A DNA stretch of 54,796 nt from Nemertoderma westbladi (Eukaryota > Animalia > Xenacoelomorpha): positions 1 through 54,796 of the forward strand of contig JAUCBJ010003048.1 of the NCBI GenBank assembly GCA_032718475.1, given 5' to 3'. The position numbers were made by a program, and so were the translations under genes. The notes under the pieces are model-generated. The model saw only the letters and a list, made by a program, of their open reading frames with translations. It was not told the DNA's origin and made no database searches. This document shows, in pieces, positions 11,027 through 23,429 of this stretch (position 1 is its first letter; each line of letters opens with the position of its first letter).

Positions 11027-11761
11027 CTATACCATACGATCGAATGTAACAATCCCCACAACCACCCAAATGAGAGGATTGGCGATCACAGAACTGCTTT
11101 TTGAATTGAAATCAACTGTTGTTGTGTCAAAACTTGCGCTGCTCTTTGTTGTTGTTGTAGCTAAACCAACTTCCCAAGTAGGTTGAGGACACTTACCATC
11201 ACAACACATTACTTGGCAGGAATCGTATTTGCTGGATAATCCGAATAGCATATGTTCTCTAATGGAAAGCACCTGACGCATTAAACGATCCTGTTCGCTG
11301 GTATCCTTGTCAGTTTCCGCAGGGTTATCGTAGTTGTCAAGAAGTTGTTCCGATAAGAGAAGACACATATTTTCATTTAGATCCATGCAACGATTTTCCC
11401 ACCACTCGGCGTCACTCTTCCTGCTTATGCATACCACAAGAGAACAATCAAACATGACCTCATCTCCGCTATCTTCATGAATTCCTATACCGCGATATAC
11501 TGCTTCAGCGCATTCGGTGCAATTGTATCGAAGATTTTGTATCTTATACCGAGATGTTGTGTATCCAATTTCTGCAAAATATGCTTTATTACTGTTTTTT
11601 AGTTTGGCCATTTTATCATCCATCTCTTGTTGTAATACTGGATTAGTTGAAGTAATAGTTGGGAAAATTTCCTGATAACATGTTGTTACACTGTAACAAA
11701 CGGTAATGTTTGCCGCCATGTAAAGAGTGTAGAACGATCTTCTGGTTTGATTGTTGCCCAT
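11027..11761 (-). CDS. Orphan Cys-rich cell-surface protein, probably GPI-anchored (244 aa, single coding exon)
   Basis: Non-repetitive ORF in AT-rich DNA with first ATG at 11761. It has 12 Cys, a Thr/Ser-rich stalk (ATTTTKSSASFDTTT) and a small-residue stretch followed by a hydrophobic C-terminus (SSSVIANPLIWVVVGIV). AATAAA on the minus strand at 10895-10900. The signal peptide is weak. Confidence 0.75.
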   Translation of the reverse strand: MGNNQTRRSFYTLYMAANITVCYSVTTCYQEIFPTITSTNPVLQQEMDDKMAKLKNSNKAYFAEIGYTTSRYKIQNLRYNCTECAEAVYRGIGIHEDSGDEVMFDCSLVVCISRKSDAEWWENRCMDLNENMCLLLSEQLLDNYDNPAETDKDTSEQDRLMRQVLSIREHMLFGLSSKYDSCQVMCCDGKCPQPTWEVGLATTTTKSSASFDTTTVDFNSKSSSVIANPLIWVVVGIVTFDRMV

Positions 11762-12180
11762 AATTGTTGAATAATACACAAGATGCTTACAGAGGACGTT
11801 GCTTAGATAATTATCTGCTATAATAGATACCCAATGATATAATATAATACAATAATTTACTAAATAAATAATAACTGCACAGAAGTCAGAACTGATGATA
11901 TCGATTTATATTTGCTACAACGTATGTTTAGTTTTGCATTGCATTAATGATTCAAGTATTATATTACATTTTTATACTCGATATTTTTACTCGCGATATT
12001 TTTACTCGCGATATTTTTATTCGCGTCATTTTTACTCACGATACGTAATACTTTTTATAACAACTTTATTTACTTACTGAATAATTACTTATTGCGCAAA
12101 CATTTGTCTTTTGCACTATAGCCAATGATTTTTTATGAGTTGAAAGTAACCGGGTCGGGGTTATAGTGAACCGGGTCGCG

Positions 12181-13570
12181 TATTCCCAATCCTTACACTA
12201 CTAGGAACACCTCTTGCATTAACACCTGGGATTGGTTAATAAGCTATTATTTGATTGGACGTTGAAATCATGTAAGGAATGGAGATAGGGGGTCGAACTA
12301 GTGTAAGGTTTTTATACTCAGTTGGCAGGTAGAAAATGTTCCAAACGCTGTAAGGAATGGAGAAAGTACGTGAAATCAAGTAAGGGTTATCTGCCTATTA
12401 ATCGGTTCATTGTCAGGTGACAGTAAAAAATATATACGAATGGCAGTATACATATAGAGTGGAAATAATAATATTGTTTAAGGAATCGTTTAACGCACCA
12501 TTTTCTCCTTGATTTTTCCGATCGAATATATTGTAATAATAAAGTAGTTTTATTGGTAGTATTATGTTGAAATTCATTCATTTTAAATTCATATTTAAAA
12601 GCATTTCACAATATGTAAACATAAAAGCTCCAATGAAATAAACTCTTAATTTTTGTAATGTCCTTTAGCATTTGTTCGATTTGCATTTTTGTTTATCAAC
12701 AGGTTTCTAGAGCGTTTTTTTTTAGCGCGTCAAGTCTTATCAGTCAGTACCGCATGAGGTCGGTCACCAACACAGCACGCATCCGCTTACTTCATAATGT
12801 AAGAGCTACTCGTCCTCGCGCTAGTGCAGTTGGATGGACACGAATAGCAGACGGACTATTCCTAAGTAACTACTACTGTACAGTACTATAATCGGCCTGC
12901 TGTATTGAAACTGCACAGTGAGATGTCATGCCAGCTTAACAAAAACATTTTGTCACCACCATGCAATCCACAATTGGGAATCCCAATGCAGCGTGCATTA
13001 AGAATGTTTTGCCGGCTTATCAACAATTTTGCAGCGCCACAACTCCCTATCCCCCATGACTTACGCGAGATTATCTGCATCTTCAAGGCCATTGTCCTTT
13101 AAGATGTGTCTCACGAAAGTCATAGACTGCCCATCATGCTTATTTTTCCATGTTGCCAAAAAAACAAGATTGTGCACAGGCTGGTCTTCACGGCAAAAAC
13201 AACGTCGTGCAAAGGAGTGTATCCCTAGACACTAGTATAGCCAATGTTCCAATCGTTTTAGCTTACTCATGCAGCCCTGTATAAACAATAACCCAATGTT
13301 CTACTGCCTATAATAATTTCACATGTTAGTCTAAGTCTACTCATCTAATACTGTTGGTATAATAACCCTTACATGATTTCACCCAATTTCTCAATTCATT
13401 ACAGCGTTTGGAACACTTTCTACCTGCCAACTGAGTATAAAACCCTTACACTAGTTCGACCCCTTTCCCCATTCCTTACATAATTTCAACGTCCAATCAA
13501 ATAATAGTTCATTAGCCAATCCCAGGCTACAATTCAAGATGTGTTCCTACTAGTGTAAGGTTTGGGAATA
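12181..13570. mobile_element. MITE with about 210-bp terminal inverted repeats
   Basis: tattcccaatccttacacta..gtaagggttat (12181-12390) is the reverse complement of ataacccttac..tagtgtaaggtttgggaata (13361-13570). Confidence 0.85.
12868..13215 (-). mobile_element. RTE family A 3' end fragment inside the MITE
   Basis: Homologous to 33258-33540 (CREDQPVHNL..GQSMTFVRHILK..MGDRELWRC), with a remnant (TAG)n tail. Confidence 0.8.
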
Positions 13571-13576
13571 TTATGC

Positions 13577-13915
13577 AACCGGGTCGTGGTTATAGTGAAC
13601 CGGGTCGTGGTTATAGTGAACCGGGTCGTGGTTATAGTGAACCGGGTCGTGGTTATAGTGAACCGGGAGCGTAGGGGTATTAGTGGACCCGTCTGTCGTC
13701 GTCGTTGTCATAAATGTTTGAACGCTAATAAGTCGTTCAATCTTTGATGAAATGGAACTAAACTTGGTACACATGTTGTCTATCACTATCAAAAGTTTAG
13801 AAATTATACGCGCAGACAGACTTATAAACCGTTCATATGTCGACCGCTAGGGCGCCAATGACTAGGTCCCCTAATTATTTTTTTTCCTGTCGGTCCGGAT
13901 TCCACCGGCTGTTTA
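13577..13915 (+). mobile_element. 21-bp aaccgggtcgtggttatagtg array leading into a Helentron-associated (HINE/DINE-like) element
   Basis: Four or more copies at 13577-13666 and about 1.5 copies at 12149-12180 on the other side of the MITE. They are followed by ccgtctgtcgtcgtc and tttgaacgctaata..aaacttggtac motifs, with a similar remnant at about 10833-10900. The family assignment is inference. Confidence 0.45.
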
Positions 13916-15234
13916 TTTATGCCATTGCCTAATATTAAATTCATTGTATTATATAAAGTTGACAATATACTCTCTAAAGTATAGATAAAATATCAATTAT
14001 CGCTATCTGAGATAGATAAAGCTTAAAAAATGGCAAACTGTATATCATAACACTTGTTAAAAACCCTAAACAAAGGCATAGACCAGATCACAGCGCGGCC
14101 ACGTTAAAACTAAAATACTTATTTGATATCTGCATCATAGGATAATGAAAAATCATAGTGCTTTACCTAGTGCTTTAACCTGGGTTGTCTTATGTACATA
14201 TAACCATTGACGTATTTACGTATGTCGTATATACAATATACAACGATATGTATTTACGTGACGTCATAAGAACCATTGTTATTTAACACAGGGCGCAATA
14301 TTAGGTTGGTTGGTTATTGAATTCATTAAAATTAAATAACGACATAAAAACCACTGATATTAACAGGCGGGCATAGCATAGCAATTATTATTACAGAATA
14401 TCATATCGTAACACGGGCAAGGTTAATACGATATTGTTACAAATTACAAATAGTAAATAGTGTACCTTTACGCAAAGGCTCGTCTGGACTTACGTGCTGC
14501 GCGAAGTCCCCACGTGCGTGTAAATACTGTAGAAATGTAAAGGTTACTTTACTTTACTGTTCAATAATGTATAAGCCTTGTTACCAGACTGTTGTCAACT
14601 TTATGTTTGTTGTCTGCATGTAGGATTGTTGGTTTTATTGAAATTTACAATATCATATGCCAATTTAAAACGTGTATAAGAAATGAATATACTGGTTAAC
14701 CACCATAATATATAAAATATTGCATCACATATCTACAGTGTTATTCATGTATATGTAATTCAGTTCTGTGTCACACCATCACATTGTAAACTACACGAGG
14801 CCTATTGATTTTAACTTACTCCGTTTTGCACTACACTTACTGTACCCCGTTGTAATTTACCACATTGATTTTCTTTTCACAACCTACTAAGACCTTTGAA
14901 TAAGTATTTGCCGTATGTTTGAAGTCTCAAGTTATCTTGTAATTTATGTAAAATTCTTAATGAAAATAATTCATGTCTTGAATTATGATAGGTGGGGGAG
15001 TTACTCTAGAATTAATACTAATTAAACCCTAAGTCATGACGACCATGAAGATGTAACGATGTAATTTCAGGAATTTAAGTTTTTTAAAGAAGGTAATAGG
15101 ACCGAGGAAGGTAGAGACTGTACTGTAATACAGTACTGTAGCAGAAGGCCGCATCCGTATTCGTATGTAATTTCAATTTTAATCCGGTAGAGCTTTAGAG
15201 CGGTACCTAAGATTGAGTAGTCAGTCAGCCAGAT

Positions 15235-15932
15235 CGTTGTTGTTCATTGTTGTTCGTTTTTTCTCCTAGTTGCTCGTTGTTGCTCACTGTTGTTCGTTGT
15301 TGCTCATTGTTGATCGTTGTTGCTCGCTGTTGCTCATTGTTTTTCGTTGTTGCTCATTGTTGCTTGTTGTTTTTCGTTGATGCTCATTGTTGTTGCTCGT
15401 TGTTTTTCGTTGATGCTCATTGTTGTTGCTGGTTGTTTTTCGTTGATGCTCATTGTTGTTTATCGTTGTTGCTCGTTGTTGCTAATTGGTGCTCGTTGTT
15501 GTACTTTATTAATGCTCATTGTTTTTCGTTGTTGCTCATTGTTGCTTGTTGTTTTTCGTTGATGCTCATTGTTGTTGCTCGTTGTTTTTCGTTGATGCTC
15601 ATTGTTGTTGCTGGTTGTTTTTCGTTGATGCTCATTGTTGTTTATCGTTGTTGCTCGTTGTTGCTAATTGGTGCTCGTTGTTGTACTTTATTAATGCTCA
15701 TTGTTGTTCGTTGTTGCTCATTGTTGCTGCTCGTTGTTGCTCATTGTTGGTCATCGTTGTTGCTCAATGTTGCTTGTTGTTTTTCGTTGTTGCTCGTTGT
15801 ATCTCAGTGTTGCACGTTGTTGTTCATCGTTTCTCGTTGTTTATCGTTCTTACTCATTGTTGCTCATTGTTTATCGACGTTGCTCGTTGTTTATCGTTGT
15901 TGCTCATTGTTGCTCGTTGTTGTTCATTGTTC
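15235..15932. repeat. 10-bp ttgttgctc(a/g) degenerate satellite with a 182-bp higher-order duplication
   Basis: Repeated ttgttgctca/ttgttgctcg; gctaattggtgctcg occurs at 15481 and 15663. Confidence 0.9.
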
Positions 15933-16901
15933 TCGGGTTACAATTCACTAGTGCACAGGGTGACGATGACGAAGGTAGGAAACAAAGGTTCTCTTCCGTT
16001 AACTACAGTATTTTATAGCACCTACTGTAGAACCGCAGACACGCCCAGTGAAGTGAAGTCAACATCCTTTTGGACATGAATATTTATGTTTTTTGGAAAA
16101 CTGATGGAAACTTTCATTCATCAACAGGGCGAGCTTCCCAGTTCCCAGCTATAGTGTCACGGCACCCCACCATATTTTTTTACATGAACACATACATCTA
16201 TAACTTTGAAATGAACAGTTCACATACCGGTACCTATTATATTTGGAGACATCTAACTAAGTAACTCCTCAATGTGTGTGCTGTATGCTGAAAAAGTAGT
16301 GAAAATGTTTTCTTTTTTAGTTATTTTTTAGTTTTGTGTAACTAATTTTCTGAAAAATTTGTGAAAAAAAGTATTTTATTACATATTGTTTTATGGTTGT
16401 GAGAAAAAAAAAGGTAAAAAAAAGTATGCGGAAAGAATAGTTTTTTTAAACTCATTTGGAATTTAAGCGAAATTCAACTATTCTGTTGGAGTAGTTGAGG
16501 TTTACACGAGTTTGCAAGTTCGAAGAATGTCAGTGGGCGGAATAATAACTAACTTTCGCTGAAGAAAAACAAGAATGGCTGAAGAGTGACAAAGAAATGA
16601 AATAAAGTATGAGTGAATAAAGGGAAAGGAATGAATGTAAAAAGGTATTAACTAAAAAACCTTCTTGAAAATTAGCAAAAAACATATATTAATTTTCTAA
16701 TAAATTTTTAAAAATATTAGTAAGTGAATTGGATTTTTCAAATATAATTAATTAATTAGGCCTATATATACAAACATTCATACAAACATATTTCGGATCA
16801 TTCTCCGAAATAGAATTGCGGCAAAGAGCATTGACACTAATTATTATTGACACATAATAATTTGATGTGAATAATCAACTTTCAGCATGGTTCATATCAT
16901 C

Positions 16902-19900
16902 TCATATCTGACCCGCATCATTTTCTGCCTGGTTCTTGATAATTCTAGTTTGGTTCTTGTAAATTCCTGTCTGGTTCACTGCCTCTCTTATCTGGTCCAC
17001 AACATCTGTCTGGTTCTTGATAATTCTAGTTTGGTTCTTGTAAATTCCAGTCTGGTTCACTCCCTCTCTTATCTGGTCCACAGCGTCTGTTTGGTTATTA
17101 ATAATTCTAGTTTGGTTCTTGTAAATTCCAGTCTGGTTCACTCTCTCTTTTATCTGGTCCACAGCGTCTGTCTGGTTCTTGATAATTCTAGTTTGGTTCT
17201 TGTAAATTCCAGTCTGGTTCAGTCTCTCTCTTATCTGGTCAACAGCGTCTGTCTGGTTCTTGATAATTCCAGTTTGGTTCTTGTAAATTCCAGTCTGGTT
17301 CACTCTCTCTTTTATCTGGTCCACAGCGTCTGTCTGGTTCTTGATAATTCTAGTTTGGTTCTTGTAAATTCCAGTCTGGTTCAGTCTCTCTCTTATCTGG
17401 TCCACAGCGTCTGTCTGGTTCTTGATAATTCCAGTTTGGTTCTTGTAAATTCCAGTCTGGTTCACTCTCTCTCTTATCTGGTCCACAGCGTCTGTCTGGT
17501 TCTTGATAATTCTAGTTTGGTTCTTGTAAATTCCAGTCTGGTTCAGTCTCTCTCTTATCTGGTCCACAGCGTCTGTCTGGTTCTTGATAATTCCAGTTTG
17601 GTTCTTGTAAATTCCAGTCTGGTTCACTCTCTCTCTTATCTGGTCCACAGCGTCTGTCTGGTTCTTGATAATTCTAGTTTGGTTCTTGTAAATTCCAGTC
17701 TGGTTCAGTCTCTCTCTTATCTGGTCCACAGCGTCTGTCTGGTTCTTGATAATTCCAGTTTGGTTCTTGTAAATTCCAGTCTGGTTCACTCTCTCTCTTA
17801 TCTGGTCCACAGCGTCTGTCTGGTTCTTGATAATTATAGTTCGGTTCTTGTAAATTCCAGTCTGGTTCACTCCCTCACTTATCTGGTCCACAACATCTGT
17901 CTGGTTCTTGATAATTCTAGTTTGGTTCTTGTAAATTCCAGTCTGGTTCACTCCCTCACTTATCTGGTCCACAACGTCTGTCTGGTTCTTGATAATTCTA
18001 GTTTGGTTCTTGTAAATTCCAGTCTGGTTCACTCTCTCTCTTATCTGGTCCACAGCGTCTGTCTGGTTCTTGATAATTCTACTTTGGTTCTTGTAAATTC
18101 CGGTCTGGTTCACTCCCTCACTTATCTGGTCCACAACGTCTGTCTGGTTCTTGATAATTCTAGTTTGGTTCTTGTAAATTCCAGTCTGGTTCACTCCCTC
18201 ACTTATCTGGTCCACAACGTCTGCCTGGTTCTTGATAATTCTAGTTTGGTTCTTGTAAATTCCAGTCTGGTTCACTCCCACACTTATCTGGTCCACAACA
18301 TCTGTCTGGTTCTTGATAATTCTAGTTTGGTTCTTGTAAATTCCAGTCTGGTTCTTGATAATTCTAGTTTGGTTCTTGTAAATTCCAGTGTGGTTCACTC
18401 TCTCTTTTATCTGGTCCACAGCGTCTGTCTGGTTCTTGATAATTCTAGTTTGGTTCTTGTAAATTCCAGTCTGGTTCACTCCCTCTCTTATCTGGTCCAC
18501 AGCGTCTGTTTGGTTATTAATAATTCTAGTTTGGTTCTTGTAAATTCCAGTCTGGTTCACTCCCTCACTTATCTGGTCCACAACATCTGTCTGGTTCTTG
18601 ATAATTCTAGTTTGGTTCTTGTAAATTCCGGTCTGGTTCACTCCCTCACTTATCTGGTCCACAACGTCTGCCTGGTTCTTGATAATTCTAGTTTGGTTCT
18701 TGTAAATTCCAGTCTGGTTCACTCCCACACTTATCTGGTCCACAACATCTGTCTGGTTCTTGATAATTCTAGTTTGGTTCTTGTAAATTCCAGTCTGGTT
18801 CTTGATAATTCTAGTTTGGTTCTTGTAAATTCCAGTCTCGTTCTTGATAATTCTAGTTTGGTTCTTGTAAATTCCAGTCTGGTTTTTGATAATTTTTGTT
18901 TGGTTCTTGTAAATTCCAGTCTCGTTCTTGATAATTCTAGTTTGGTTCTTGTAAATTCCAGTCTGGTTCTTGATAATTCTAGTTTGGTTCTTGTAAATTC
19001 CAGTCTGGTTCTTGGTAATTCTAGTTTGGTTCTTGTAAATTCCAGTCTGGTTCTTGATAATTCTAGTCTGGTTCTTGTCAATTACAGTCTGGTTCACGGG
19101 CACACCTATCTGATCAACATTTTCTGTCTGGTTCTTGTTAATCCATCCAGTCTGATTCACATCCTCTCCTATCTGATCAACATTTTCTGTCTGGTTCTTG
19201 TTAATCCATCCAGTCTGATTCACATCCTCTCCTATCTGATCAACATTTTCTGTCTGGTTCTTGTCAACTCCAGTCTGGTTCATGGCCTCACCTATCTGAT
19301 CAACAGTTTCTGTCTGGTTCTTGTTAATCCATCCAGTCTGATTCACATCCTCTCCTATCTGATCAACATTTTCTGTCTGGTTCTTGTTAATCCATCCAGT
19401 CTGATTCACATCCTCTCCTATCTGATCAACATTTTCTGTCTGGTTCTTGTTAATTCCACTCTGATTCACAGCCTCTCCTATATGGTGCACATTTTCTGAC
19501 TGGTTCTTGTTAATCCATCCAGTCTGATTCACATCCTCTCCTATCTGATCAACATTTTCTGTCTGGTTCTTGTCAACTCCAGTCTGGTTCATGGCCTCAC
19601 CTATCTGATCAACAGTTTCTGTCTGGTTCTTGTTAATCCATCCAGTCTGATTCACCTCGTCTCCTATCTGATCAACATTTTCTGTCTGGTTCTTGTTAAT
19701 TCCACTCTGATTCACAGCCTCTCCTATATGGTGCACATTTTCTGACTGGTTCTTGTTAATCCATCCAGTCTGATTCACATCCTCTCCTATCTGATCAACA
19801 TTTTCTGTCTGGTTCTTGTCAACTCCAGTCTGGTTCATGGCCTCACCTATCTGATCAACAGTTTCTGTCTGGTTCTTGTTCATCCATCCAGTCTGATTCA

Positions 19901-22113
19901 CATCCTCTCCTATCTGATCAACATTTTCTGTCTGGTTCTTGTTAATCCATCCAGTCTGATTCACATCCTCTCCTATCTGATCAACATTTTCTGTCTGGTT
20001 CTTGTTAATCCATCCAGTCTGATTCACATCCTCTCCTATCTGATCAACATTTTCTGTCTGGTTCTTGTCAATTCCAGTCTGATTCACATCCTCTCCTATC
20101 TGATCAACATTTTCTGTTTGGTTCTTGTTAATCCATCCAGTCTGATTCACATCCTCTCCTATCTGATCAACATTTTCTGTCTGGTTCTTGTCAATTCCAG
20201 TCTGGGTCATGGCCTCACCTATCTGATCAACATTTTCTGTCTGGTTCTTGTCAATTCCAGTCTGATTCACATCCTCTCCTATCTCATCAACATTTTCTGT
20301 CTGGTTCTTGTTAATCCATCCAGTCTGATTCACATCCGCTCCTATCTGATCAACAATTTCTGTCTGGTTCTTGTCAATTCCAGTCTGATTCACATCCTCT
20401 CCTATCTCATCAACATTTTCTGTCTGGTTCTTGTTAATCCATCCAGTCTGATTCACGGCCTCACCTATCTGATCAACATTTTCTGTCTGGTTCTTGTCAA
20501 TTCCAGTCTGATTCACATCCTCTCCTATCTGATCAACATTTTCTGTCTGGTTCTTGTTAATCCATCCAGTCTTATTCACATCCTCTCTTATCTGATCAAC
20601 ATTTTCTGTCTGGTTCTTGTTAATCCATCCAGTCTGATTCACATCCTCTCCTATCTGATCAACATTTTCTGTCTGGTTCTTGTCAATTCCAGTCTGGTTC
20701 ACGGCCTCACCTATCTGATCAACATTTTCTGTCTGGTTCTTGTTAATCCATCCAGTCTGATTCACATCCTCTCCTATCTGAACAACATTATCTGTCTGGT
20801 TCTTGTTAACTCCAGTCTCATCCACATCCTCTCCTATCTGATCAACATTTTCTGTTTGGTTCTTGTTAATCCATCCAGTCTGATTCACATCCTCTCCTAT
20901 CTCATCAACATTTTCTGTCAGGTTCTTGTTAATCCATCCAGTCTGATTCACATCCTCTCCTATCTCATCAACATTTTTTGTCTGGTTCTTGTTAATCCAT
21001 CCAGTCTGATTCACATCCTCTCCTATCTGAACAACATTATCTGTCTGGTTATTGTTAATTCCAGTCTGGTTCACGGCCTCACCTATCTGATCAACATTTT
21101 CTGTCTGGTTCTTGTCAATTCCAGTCTGATTCACATCCTCTCCTATCTGATCAACATTTTCTGTCTGGTTCTTGTCAATTCCAGTCTGATTCACATCCTC
21201 TCCTATCTGATCAACATTTTCTGTCTGGTTCTTGTCAATTCCAGTCTGATTCACATCCTCTCCTATCTGATCAACATTTTCTGTTTGGTTCTTTTTAATC
21301 CATCCAGTCTGATTCACATCCTCTCCTATCTCATCAACATTTTCTGTCTGGTTCTTGTTAACTCCAGTCTCATCCACATCCTCTCCTATCTGATCAACAT
21401 TTTCTGTTTGGTTCTTGTTAATCCATCCAGTCTGATTCACATCCTCTCCTATCTCATCAACATTTTCTGTCAGGTTCTTGTTAATCCATCCAGTCTGATT
21501 CACATCCTCTCCTATCTCATCAACATTTTCTGTCTGCTTCTTGTTAATCCATCCAGTCTGATTCACATCCTCTCCTATCTGATCAACATTTTCTGTCAGG
21601 TTCTTGTCAATTCCAGTCTGATTCACATCCTCTCCTATCTGATCAACATTTTCTGTCTGGTTCTTGTCAATTCCAGTCTGATTCACAGCCTCTCCTATCT
21701 GATCAACATTTTCTGTCTGGTTCTTGTCAATTCCAGTCTGATTCACATCCTCTCCTATCTGATCAACATTTTCTGTCTGGTTCTTGTCAATTCCAGTCTG
21801 ATTCACAGCCTCTCCTATCTGATCAACATTTTCTGTCTGGTTCTTGTTAATCCATCCAGTCTGATTCACATCCTCTCCTATCTGATCAATATTTTCTGTC
21901 TGGTTCTTGTTAATCCATCCAGTCTGATTCACATCCTCTCCTATCTGATCAACATTTTCTGTCTGGTTCTTGTTAATCCATCCAGTCTGATTCACATCCT
22001 CTCCTATCTGATCAACATTTTCTGTCTTGTTCTTGTTAATTCCAGTCTGGCTCATATCATCTCGTTTCCGGTCCACATTTTCTGTCTTGTTTGTGTTAAT
22101 TTCCTCAACACAT
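16902..22113 (-). CDS. Exon 3 of a secreted repeat glycoprotein: about 1730 aa of NQT-sequon repeats
   Basis: 5.2 kb open frame; repeat units of 60/63, 42 and 81 bp are all multiples of 3, and the recurrent indel is exactly one codon. The pyrimidine-rich acceptor ..ttttttcag| at 22114 joins exon 2 in phase 2 to give GR-CVEEINTNKTENVDRK. Confidence 0.85.
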
Positions 22114-22294
22114 CTGAAAAAATGAAAAAATAGTTGAAAAAATTATTTATATTTTCTTTTTAATTTTATAAATTTTTTTTCCCACGCCACGACCACCTAA
22201 CACTACGTCCTTTTAATTTTCCATTTGAATACCAAATGGCCGTTGGATAACTTCATTGCGAATGGAACGTTTTTATAGAAAAACTTGTTATTAC

Positions 22295-22908
22295 CTTCCA
22301 AAATCCCGAAATCTGAAGCAGAACTTGGATTGGCAATCGGAGTGGTGGATACACTTGGATCCAATTTTACCAACACACTTGAAATCATCGGAAAGTTTTC
22401 TAACTTTGGGGGAATCGCGATCAAACAATTGGCAAACTTTTCCGTTGCTACAGGGACCACAAAACACTCGAACCAACAACTCAAATATTAACCGAACATC
22501 AGAACGCAGCTGTTCTACTTGAACACGGATGTCTGTTCCGTTCTGTAGACTTGCGTCATATTTCCCTTCTGGTCTTCGAAACAAATTCAATTTATTACCG
22601 ACATTGATCTGCACTTCGTCCTGTTTGTGGCTAATTTCAATATTATTGGTAAATTTATTCATGTTCTTCAATATAAATTCTACTAGAACCTCCGACAAAC
22701 TATTTGACTTCTCTAAATCATCTTCCAATCTCTTCATCCTGTCCAACAAGTTGTTTAATTGCAAATCTTTTTGTCTTCCATTTTTTTCATTGCTTTCGAG
22801 GTTTTCCAGTAAAATATCTATCCGTTCTATCAAATCATCTATATTTAGCCGTTTGGTCTGGTTGAATCCTTCACCGGATAATTCATCTTCCTTTTTATTA
22901 TTGGTGAC
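22295..22908 (-). CDS. Exon 2 of the secreted repeat glycoprotein: coiled-coil region plus Cys-rich module
   Basis: Acceptor ttctctcattcccgcttcag| at 22909 (phase 0, VTNNKKEDELSGEG..); heptad-like LNNLLDRMKRLEDDLEK; 7 Cys; donor ag|gtaata at 22294. Confidence 0.85.
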
Positions 22909-23429
22909 CTGAAGCGGGAATGAGAGAACTTTAATAACAACAATATTTAATATATAAATTACTCAATCAATTTATCAATTATTAATTAATTATTTTATTA
23001 ATTATTTGATGTAATTTTGGCATGCAAAATTAACAATAAAGTGATATTGTATAAAAAAAAAATACTGATTGGAAAGGATCTATTAGTTTTTGCCACTATT
23101 TTAAACTATTTAATTACACAGTAGGCCAGTTCATATCGGATTTGAATTGTGATTAGGATTTGGATTGTGGTTCAGATTAGGAACGGTGGTTCTGACGTAT
23201 CAATAATTAATAATAGATTAATGTATCCTTAATTAATAATGATTCAATTTTAAGGGGTGTATTTTTCTAAAACTATTGAAAAGAAAATAGAAAAATATGA
23301 ATTAATGATTTTATTCGTTACTTTTATGGCGTCTGATTTGAACCAAATTACCTTAGAATTACAAATGTGTACATTACATATTTCATTAGCTTATATTTAT
23401 TATAAGATAAAATCCCTTACTTTAAAGTA

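Noticed and set aside
15247-16079. Cys/Leu/Val-rich ORFs
   Set aside because: Translations of a 10-bp TG-rich satellite that is open in all three plus frames.
16887-22133. Plus-strand 870-aa and 671-aa hydrophobic ORFs
   Set aside because: Antisense readings of the in-frame repeats, broken by stops; only the minus frame is continuous and has splice partners.
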